Source: a virus (Duplodnaviria; Heunggongvirae; Uroviricota; Caudoviricetes). From it: a stretch of DNA of 64,000 nucleotides. The stretch lies in the IMG/VR virus record IMGVR_UViG_3300027260_000002; one strand, 5' to 3'. Numbering within the stretch: the first letter of the stretch is position 1; the number at the start of each line of letters is the position of its first letter. Positions 57,142-64,000 of this stretch are shown piece after piece. Position numbers and translations under genes: made by a program. The notes under the pieces are model-generated. The model was not told the DNA's origin. It was given only the letters and a program-made list of their open reading frames with translations, and ran no database searches.

Positions 57142-59751
57142 ATGGCGTTTCAAGTCAGCCCAGGAATTAATGTTTCTGAAATTGATCTTACAACAACTGT
57201 TCCGGCACTTGCGACTACGGTCGGTGGTTTCGGCGGAGTATTTCGTTGGGGACCAGTAGGAAAGTTTGTTCTTGTAGATTCAGAAAATACACTCGCAAAT
57301 CGCTTCGGTAAACCAACTTCAGACAACTACGAAACGTTTTATACGGCTGCAAACTTCCTTTCTTATGGAAATGCTCTGTATGTTTCGCGTGCTGCGACCA
57401 CAACAGGTTTTGCAAACACTTCAACTATTACTCTTGACGGTGACGTATCGCTTGCCGCTAATGGTACTGCTCTTGGTCTTACAGCTGGACTTCGCGTACA
57501 AGGTGATGGCATTGCAGAAGATACTTTTGTAACAGCAGTAACTAACAGCGCTATTACAATTTCAAAGGCAGCAACCGCAAGCGCTTCAGCACTTCTTTCA
57601 TTCTTTGCTAATGCTACGACACTTTCTGCTTATGCTGGTAATACAGCTGCAGTTGTTGCATCAAACGTAGTTATTCGCAACTCAGAAGAGTTCGAAAACA
57701 AAGGTGCAACGAACACAGCATTTACAGGAACAGAGTTCGTAGCTCGTTATCCTGGTGCACTCGGTAACTCGCTGAAGGTTTCGATGTGCGATAGCGCAAC
57801 ACAATATGCCGAAACAGTTACATTCGAAACTAATACCACTTGGGGTTCAACAACTGCAAACACATATGCTCTTGCTGATCTTACAAGTGCCACTATGTCG
57901 ATCGCCGTAGGCAGCAACACTGCTAACGTTGTCTTCGTGTGGTCAGGTGATGATTTCGCCGATCGTGTAGCTGCTTCTGCAGGTGCTCGTGCAGTCGGTT
58001 CGAACGGCGTATCAGCCAACTTCATCTCGCTTGCAACAGCAAACACGCTGTTCACCAACGGTGATACAGTATGGTATGCTAAGGGAAATTCTTCGACTGC
58101 GAATAGCATTCAAGGTTTATCAGAAGGTACATCGTACTTCATTACTGGAGCGAATACAACCGGCTTTACTCTCTCGTTAACATCTGGTGGAGCAAACGTT
58201 GCCATCTCGAATGGCGCAGCCAACTCGGTTGTTTATTTTACAAAACAATCAGCGACTGACCTCGGTCTTACTCTTGCACAAGCTCGTCTTGCAGTGACCG
58301 CACTCAAAGATAAGATCACTGTCGGCGATTATATCGAAGTTGGTAATACTTCTATCGGTAAGCAAAACATGAAGGTCACTTCAGAAGGCGCACAAGCCGA
58401 TGACGGTACGAACATCTTCTTCAATATCGGTTTCGATACCACATGGAACAAGTCAACTAACTTCAGCGGTACTTCATTGAAGCGTCAATGGGAATACTTC
58501 AACGTTGTCGAGTCTGCTCCTGGTGTATCTTCATCGATGACAAACGCAGGTCGCACTGTTACTGACGAAGTTTCAGTTGTTGTAGTTGACGAAGACGGTC
58601 TGATCAGCGGAACACCTGGTCAAGTTCTTGAAATCTACCAAAACCTTTCACGTGCAACAGATGCCAAGAAAGATGACGGTACGACTAACTACTATAAGAC
58701 TGCAATCAACGACTTCTCACGTTGGATTTGGGCTACAAACGATCGTGATGGTGCAGCTTCTAATACTCTGTCAAACGTTGCTAATTCTACTAACACGACA
58801 ACTTACACACGTTCGTTCGTTCGTGGTACAGACGGCGCTAACGAAAGCACAGTGTCGATGGCAGCTCTTGGTTCTGCATATGATCTCTTTGCAGATGCAA
58901 GCACAGTCGATGTTTCTCTTATTCTTCAAGGTAAGGCAATCGGAACTAACGACGTTCAGCTAGCCAACTATCTGATCGATAACATTGCAGAAGTTCGTAA
59001 GGATTGCGTAGTATTCGTTTCTCCTGCATATTCTGATGTTGTAGGTATTAACGTAGAAAACCAACAAGCACAGAACATCGTAGACTTTAGAAATGCTTTG
59101 CGTAATACTTCATATGCATTCCTCGATTCTGGTTACAAGTATCAGTACGATAAGTATGCAGATGTATATCGCTACATTCCACTGAACGGTGATATGGCAG
59201 GCATTACTGCACGTAGCGATAGCGTAAGAGATCCTTGGTTCTCACCGGCCGGTTTCACCCGTGGCCAAGTAAAGAACCTTGTAAAGCTTGCTTTCAGCCC
59301 AAGCAAATCTGAAAGAGATCTTCTATATAAGAACGATGTCAATCCAGTTGTGACATTCCCAGGCCAAGGCACAGTTCTTTATGGAGACAAAACTCTTCTA
59401 GGTCGTACAAGCGCATTCGATCGTATCAACGTACGTCGTCTGTTCATCGTTCTTGAAAAAGCGATCGCTACAGCTTCTAACTCTACATTGTTCGAATTCA
59501 ATGACGAATTCACAAGATCGCAGTTTAGAAACCTTGTAGAACCTTACCTACGTGACGTTCAAGGACGTCGTGGAATCGTTGATTTCCGCGTGGTTTGTGA
59601 CGAAACAAACAATACTGCTGAAGTAATCGACAGTAATAGATTTGTTGGAGACATCTACATCAAGCCTGCTAGGTCGATCAACTTCATTCAGCTAAACTTC
59701 GTCGCCGTAAGATCTGGTGTCGAGTTCAATGAAATCGCTGGCCAGTTCTAA
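57142..59751 (+). CDS. gp18: Tail sheath protein gp18 with large internal insertions
   Basis: QVSPGINVSEIDLT; F.WGP....V.SE..L...FG.P; RKDC..F.SP; WFSPAG..RG; L.K..VNP; DRINVRRLF; PARSINFI.LNF. 869 aa versus ~660 aa for T4. Confidence 0.96.
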   Translation: MAFQVSPGINVSEIDLTTTVPALATTVGGFGGVFRWGPVGKFVLVDSENTLANRFGKPTSDNYETFYTAANFLSYGNALYVSRAATTTGFANTSTITLDGDVSLAANGTALGLTAGLRVQGDGIAEDTFVTAVTNSAITISKAATASASALLSFFANATTLSAYAGNTAAVVASNVVIRNSEEFENKGATNTAFTGTEFVARYPGALGNSLKVSMCDSATQYAETVTFETNTTWGSTTANTYALADLTSATMSIAVGSNTANVVFVWSGDDFADRVAASAGARAVGSNGVSANFISLATANTLFTNGDTVWYAKGNSSTANSIQGLSEGTSYFITGANTTGFTLSLTSGGANVAISNGAANSVVYFTKQSATDLGLTLAQARLAVTALKDKITVGDYIEVGNTSIGKQNMKVTSEGAQADDGTNIFFNIGFDTTWNKSTNFSGTSLKRQWEYFNVVESAPGVSSSMTNAGRTVTDEVSVVVVDEDGLISGTPGQVLEIYQNLSRATDAKKDDGTTNYYKTAINDFSRWIWATNDRDGAASNTLSNVANSTNTTTYTRSFVRGTDGANESTVSMAALGSAYDLFADASTVDVSLILQGKAIGTNDVQLANYLIDNIAEVRKDCVVFVSPAYSDVVGINVENQQAQNIVDFRNALRNTSYAFLDSGYKYQYDKYADVYRYIPLNGDMAGITARSDSVRDPWFSPAGFTRGQVKNLVKLAFSPSKSERDLLYKNDVNPVVTFPGQGTVLYGDKTLLGRTSAFDRINVRRLFIVLEKAIATASNSTLFEFNDEFTRSQFRNLVEPYLRDVQGRRGIVDFRVVCDETNNTAEVIDSNRFVGDIYIKPARSINFIQLNFVAVRSGVEFNEIAGQF

Positions 59752-59780
59752 TAAATAAAATAAACCTAGGAGGAAAGTAA

Positions 59781-60317
59781 ATGGCTTTTAATATCAATGA
59801 AATGAGAAGCCAACTAACTTACGGCGGTGCAAGACAAAACCTGTTCCAAGTGGATATTTTTAATCCTGCGAACAGTTCTGGAGATGCAAAAACCCGATTC
59901 ATGTGTCAGGCAGCTCAACTGCCTGGCTCTGACCTCGGTGTCATTCCAGTATTTTACTTCGGTCGTCAAATGAAGTTAGCTGGTGATAGAACATTCGCCG
60001 AATGGACAGTTACGATTATCAACGATGAAGACTTCCTGATTCGTAACGCCATGGAAGAATGGTCGAATGCTATCAATCGTCTACAACGTAACGTAAGAGA
60101 AATCAATCGTTATAAGTCACAGGCGACAGTTACTCAGTTTGCTAAGGATGGATCGAAGCTTCGTTCATACGATTTCAACGGTATCTTCCCAAGCAACATC
60201 AGCCCAATCGAACTCGATTGGTCTACAACCGATCAGATCGAACTGTTCCAAGTTACATTCCAGTACGACTATTGGAATGTTGGAGACAGTGTCACAGGCG
60301 ACGCCGGCGGTGATTAA
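59781..60317 (+). CDS. gp19: Tail tube protein gp19
   Basis: GARQNLF.V; C.AA.LP...G...V.Y.GR..KLAGDRTF..W.VT.INDEDF..R..ME.W; FP..IS.IEL.W; F.YDYW. Confidence 0.96.
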   Translation: MAFNINEMRSQLTYGGARQNLFQVDIFNPANSSGDAKTRFMCQAAQLPGSDLGVIPVFYFGRQMKLAGDRTFAEWTVTIINDEDFLIRNAMEEWSNAINRLQRNVREINRYKSQATVTQFAKDGSKLRSYDFNGIFPSNISPIELDWSTTDQIELFQVTFQYDYWNVGDSVTGDAGGD

Positions 60318-60319
60318 TA

Positions 60320-60350
60320 AGTAAAGGGTAATCATTCCCTTTACTTTTTC
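60320..60350 (+). terminator. Rho-independent terminator after gp19
   Basis: AGTAAAGGG-taatcatt-CCCTTTACT followed by TTTTC. Confidence 0.75.
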
Positions 60351-60371
60351 GTTATTTAAATTGGAGAACCC

Positions 60372-62015
60372 ATGGCCGAGTTATTTGGTTTTGAAATTAA
60401 AAGAAAGCAAGAAGAAAAAGAGCTTCCATCATTTGCCCCAAAACAGGACGATGATGGAGCTCTTGTTCTTGCCGAAGGTGGAGCTTATGGCCAGTATGTT
60501 GATATGGAAGGTGCCATTCGCACCGAGTCAGAGCTCGTCTCGAAGTATAGAGAGATGGCTCAGCATCCAGACATCGAACTTGCTGTCGATGATATTATCA
60601 ACGAAGCTGTTGTTATTGATCCAAAGAAAGAAGTCGTATCTTTAAATCTTGACGACTTAAAGCAACCAGACAAAGTCAAGAAACTTATCCTCGATGAGTT
60701 TGATAAAGTGCTCGAGCTGCTCGAGTTTAATCAGCACGCCTATGAAATTTTCCGCAAGTGGTATGTCGATGGTAGAATATTCTATCACTTAATGATTGAC
60801 GAGAAGGCTCCTCGCGAAGGCATTCAAGAACTACGCTACGTAGATCCTCGCAAGCTTCGTAAAGTCAAAACTTACAAGAAAAGAAAAGCTGCCAAGGATT
60901 CGAACGTCATTATTCCTGCGACGGGCGAAGAGTTCTATATCTACAATGAGAATGGTTTCGGTAAAGTACCAACTCAGCCTAACTATCAAGATCCTACTAC
61001 ACAAGGCATTAAGATAGCAGTCGATTCCATTATCAACGTATCTTCTGGCCTTGTCAACGTCAAAGGTGACATGGTTCTTGGTTATCTACAGAAGGCAATT
61101 AAGCCACTCAACCAGTTAAAGGCGATGGAAGACTCATTGGTCATCTATCGTATCTCTCGTGCACCTGAACGTCGTATCTTCTACATCGACGTTGGTAACC
61201 TACCTAAAATGAAAGCTGAGCAATATCTTCGTGATGTGATGACTCGCTTTAAGAATAAGGTAGTGTACGATGCAGGAACCGGAGAGATTCGCGACGACCG
61301 TAAGCACATGACAATGCTCGAAGATTTCTGGCTACCTCGTCGTGAAGGCGGTAAGGGCACAGAAATCACTACTCTTCCAGGTGGACAAAACCTCGGACAG
61401 ATCGACGATATCGTTTACTTCCAACGTAAGCTTTATAAAGCTCTGAACGTTCCTATCTCTCGTCTTGATCCTGAACAGGCGTTCAACTTCGGAAGAGCCA
61501 CGGAAGTGACTCGTGACGAAGTTAAATTTTCTAAATTCATTACTCGCCTTCGCGCACGATTCTCTGATGTTTTCAATAAGATTCTTGAGAAGCAACTGAT
61601 TCTGAAAGGTATTATTACCTCGGAAGATTGGTCAGAATTTAAATACAACTTTAAATATGAATTCACAGAAGATAATCACTTTGCTGAGCTAAAGAACACA
61701 GAGATCCTTCGCGATCGTATCTCGATGCTTCGCGATGTCGATGACTATGCAGGCAAATACTACTCACACGAATGGATCCGCCGCAACGTTCTTTATCAGA
61801 CTGAAGAAGATATGGAACAGATCGACAAGCAGATCGCCGATGAAATTGATAATCCTCAATATGCTCCACCAGAAATGGGTCCAGACGGACAGCCACTTCC
61901 TCCTGGAGATGCAGGCGTGCCGCCTACCGAGGATGATGCTGCTCCTCTGGCGCCTGGAAAACCTAAAGCGAAAGCTACTTCTATTCCAAATGTACCAGAT
62001 TTGGTAGGAAAATAA
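60372..62015 (+). CDS. gp20: Portal protein gp20
   Basis: LFGFEI; YR.MA.HP....A..DI.NE; WYVDGR..YH; YL.KAIKP.NQL...ED..VIYR.SRAPERRIFYIDVGNLP..KAEQY; EDFWLPRREGGKGTEITTLPGG. Confidence 0.98.
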   Translation: MAELFGFEIKRKQEEKELPSFAPKQDDDGALVLAEGGAYGQYVDMEGAIRTESELVSKYREMAQHPDIELAVDDIINEAVVIDPKKEVVSLNLDDLKQPDKVKKLILDEFDKVLELLEFNQHAYEIFRKWYVDGRIFYHLMIDEKAPREGIQELRYVDPRKLRKVKTYKKRKAAKDSNVIIPATGEEFYIYNENGFGKVPTQPNYQDPTTQGIKIAVDSIINVSSGLVNVKGDMVLGYLQKAIKPLNQLKAMEDSLVIYRISRAPERRIFYIDVGNLPKMKAEQYLRDVMTRFKNKVVYDAGTGEIRDDRKHMTMLEDFWLPRREGGKGTEITTLPGGQNLGQIDDIVYFQRKLYKALNVPISRLDPEQAFNFGRATEVTRDEVKFSKFITRLRARFSDVFNKILEKQLILKGIITSEDWSEFKYNFKYEFTEDNHFAELKNTEILRDRISMLRDVDDYAGKYYSHEWIRRNVLYQTEEDMEQIDKQIADEIDNPQYAPPEMGPDGQPLPPGDAGVPPTEDDAAPLAPGKPKAKATSIPNVPDLVGK

Positions 62016-62021
62016 ATACAT

Positions 62022-62029
62022 TATAAATA
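62022..62029 (+). promoter_or_regulatory. T4-type late promoter
   Basis: TATAAATA after the portal gene. Confidence 0.8.
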
Positions 62030-62053
62030 GTAAAAGAATTTTGGAGATTTTAT

Positions 62054-62371
62054 ATGGATATTGACGAACTAATTGGAGCAGCTGTCGAACAGCAGCCAAC
62101 TCGCTTTGCTACAGCGTTTGATGATCTCATGGGTCAGAAGATCGTAGCGAGATTAGAAGACGAGCATACCACATATGCTCAACAAATGTTTGCTTCTGAC
62201 GAACCTGAAGATACCGATGAAGAAGAATTCGAAGATGATTTGGATTTTGACATCGACGACGAAGAGTTCGAAGATGAGTTCGAAGACGAAGAATTTGATA
62301 TAGAAGATCTCGACCTAGAAGATTTAGATTTAGACACAGAGGAAGAAGACGACGATGGCGAAGACGCTTAA
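62054..62371 (+). CDS. Small acidic prohead core protein (gp67-like position)
   Basis: 105 aa with a D/E-rich C-terminal half, immediately after the portal gene. Confidence 0.65.
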   Translation: MDIDELIGAAVEQQPTRFATAFDDLMGQKIVARLEDEHTTYAQQMFASDEPEDTDEEEFEDDLDFDIDDEEFEDEFEDEEFDIEDLDLEDLDLDTEEEDDDGEDA

Positions 62372-63575
62372 AGATTTCTTAAATGAAAGACAGCTTGGGC
62401 CGATGGTCGTCAAGAATCCTGACGAGCAGAAGTTCATTGACAAGCACGTAGTTGCAAAAACTGACGATCGCAACGGCAATGACGACGAGCTTTTTAAAGG
62501 CTCGAAGGTCAAGATGGCTGATCGCAAGAAAGATCGTAAGGGTTACAATCCTGGCGAAGATGAAGAAGTTTACGAAGAGCTGAAAGGCAATCAGCACAAG
62601 ATCGATGCCAATCATAATGGCAAGGTCGATGCTCATGACTTCAAACTTCTACGTTCGAAGAAGAAAGTTGCTGAGGAAGCTGAAGAGCTAGAAGAACTTT
62701 CTCACGCTACCCTACGCGGTTATCGCATGAAAGCAAAGTCAATTGCTGACAATGAAGGCGGTAAGGATCGTACCGCGAGCCGCGATCTTGCAGGTCGTAA
62801 GTCATACGGCGGCAGAATGGCTGGTATTGAAAAAGCTAAAGTGATGGCTAAAGAAGAAGCCGATCAGATTGACGAACTCAGCGAACCTACTGTACGCACT
62901 TATTATAATAAGGCTGGCGAACAAGGCAAGAAGATAGCCGATAAGATGAAGATAGGCGGAGGAGATTGGTCAAAGGACGGATCAGATACTAAGACTCTGA
63001 AGAAGCGTGCAGCTGGTCGTACGATGGCTTTGAAGCGCCGTAGTGGCGAAATGAAGATGTCTGAAGAAGCTGAGCAGATCGATGAGATCTCGGCTGAAAA
63101 GAAAGATGCATACGCACAAAAAGCTGGTAAGCAACTTGGCGGTTTGTTTGCAAAAAGCAATAGTGCTGATGGAGCTCGCAAGTACTACAATCGTAAGAAT
63201 GCTGTTCGTAAGATTGCCAACGAAGAAGCCGAGCAAGTCGATGAAAAACTCGACATGAAGAAAGCTTCGATGGGAACCGTAGTCAAGGATTTCCAAAAGT
63301 CTGATGCTCCTCAGTTCCAAGGCAAGTCACAGAAGAAGCGCCAAGTCATGGCGATCGCCGCTAAGCTTTCAGCAGAGCGTGGTGGCAAACCACTTCGCAA
63401 AGAAGAGCGTCTACTTGCCAAGCTTGCTGACATTTCTGAAACACACAAGAGAACGATGGTATCGGTCTTTGAAAAACTCAACGAAGATAACCAACGTGAG
63501 TTCATGCTAGCATGCGATACAGCAGAAGGCATCGAGCAAATGTTGGACTTCTCTATTCAACACAGAGGTGAATAA
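62355..63575 (+). CDS. Prohead core/internal protein with repeated EE.EQ(I/V)DE junctions and an EF-hand-like loop
   Basis: Four EEA(E/D)(E/Q)(L/I/V)(E/D)E junctions separate basic modules; DANHNGKVDAHD is an EF-loop. Confidence 0.65.
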   Translation: MAKTLKDFLNERQLGPMVVKNPDEQKFIDKHVVAKTDDRNGNDDELFKGSKVKMADRKKDRKGYNPGEDEEVYEELKGNQHKIDANHNGKVDAHDFKLLRSKKKVAEEAEELEELSHATLRGYRMKAKSIADNEGGKDRTASRDLAGRKSYGGRMAGIEKAKVMAKEEADQIDELSEPTVRTYYNKAGEQGKKIADKMKIGGGDWSKDGSDTKTLKKRAAGRTMALKRRSGEMKMSEEAEQIDEISAEKKDAYAQKAGKQLGGLFAKSNSADGARKYYNRKNAVRKIANEEAEQVDEKLDMKKASMGTVVKDFQKSDAPQFQGKSQKKRQVMAIAAKLSAERGGKPLRKEERLLAKLADISETHKRTMVSVFEKLNEDNQREFMLACDTAEGIEQMLDFSIQHRGE

Positions 63576-63967
63576 TGGCCGTAACAGTTTCAAATAGAAA
63601 AAATGCCTCGTTCGTTCTTCACGTCTCTGCTGCGAATTCAGGCAACGTAGTTGTCTCTGGCAACAGCACGACGACTAACGTTGCCGGAACATCTACATGC
63701 ATTGCTACCGGTGACGAAGTTATCTCAGGTGCATACATCACTCAAGTTGTATGGGGTACTGACGGCGTCGGTTCGATCCAAGTTCTTAGAGGTTCAACTC
63801 TCGTAGCAGTATACGATTCTACTGGTCAGAAGGATTATGCAGGTTGCGGAATTCCGCTCAATGTAAATCCTACTGCAAACTTAGTAGTTAACTTCGTTGG
63901 TTCATCTAACGCTTACTGCATTGTTGAGCTGCAGAAACTAGGCACCACTTCAGAATATTTGAGATAA
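63575..63967 (+). CDS. Hypothetical beta-rich protein between core protein and prohead protease
   Basis: 130 aa with a TAATG overlap with the upstream gene. Confidence 0.65.
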   Translation: MAVTVSNRKNASFVLHVSAANSGNVVVSGNSTTTNVAGTSTCIATGDEVISGAYITQVVWGTDGVGSIQVLRGSTLVAVYDSTGQKDYAGCGIPLNVNPTANLVVNFVGSSNAYCIVELQKLGTTSEYLR

Positions 63968-63976
63968 GGTACTAAC

Positions 63977-64000
63977 ATGAAGCTAATCACAGAAGTTGTA
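63977..64000 (+). CDS. gp21: Start of prohead protease gp21 (truncated by window edge)
   Basis: AAGG RBS then MKLITEVV, the typical MKLITE start of gp21 in T4-like phages, in the expected position. Only 8 codons are visible. Confidence 0.65.

Noticed and set aside
54712-62015. Introns, inteins or homing endonucleases in terminase, sheath or portal
   Set aside because: gp17 and gp20 are of ordinary length and continuous. The gp18 insertions resemble the structural module, not intein or LAGLIDADG/HNH/GIY-YIG motifs. gp4 is a normal core gene.
62150-62371. GAA/GAC-rich low-complexity DNA as a repeat element
   Set aside because: It is explained by the acidic tail of the small core protein.
1-64000. 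tRNA, rRNA, integrase or transposase genes
   Set aside because: None were recognised; intergenic gaps are nearly all under 60 nt.

Overview
The whole 64 kb is the late (virion structure) region of a T4-superfamily myophage of the non-enteric type. It has a VrlC/DUF4815-like baseplate protein and no recognisable gp9-12 or wac. The host cannot be determined from this window. Gene order: minus-strand tape-measure-like genes carrying muralytic domains, gp51-like, gp26, gp54-like, gp2, gp4; then plus-strand gp48, gp53, hub, gp5, two orphans, gp25, gp6, gp7, gp8, a split VrlC-like pair, a ~13 kb block of fibre/adhesin genes, a ~7 kb block of modification enzymes, gp13-gp17, a Coq4-like insert, gp18-gp20, core/internal head proteins and the first codons of gp21. 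T4-type late promoters (TATAAATA) and TAATG/ATGA gene overlaps recur throughout. All family calls are by-eye motif recognition; no searches were run. Three observations stand out. (1) A fibre-associated protein at 43088-44968 has two different repeat arrays of 24 units each, and their variant units mirror each other around a central hinge, implying a fold-back hairpin. (2) This gene heads a tight operon with a prolyl-hydroxylase-like 2OG-Fe(II) oxygenase and a GT60/Gnt1-like GlcNAc-transferase, a candidate phage hydroxyproline-O-glycosylation system. (3) A T_TTT_TTT slippery site could join gp26 to a gp51-like ORF in the -1 frame just upstream of the tape-measure-like genes, resembling the lambda G/GT tail-chaperone frameshift.
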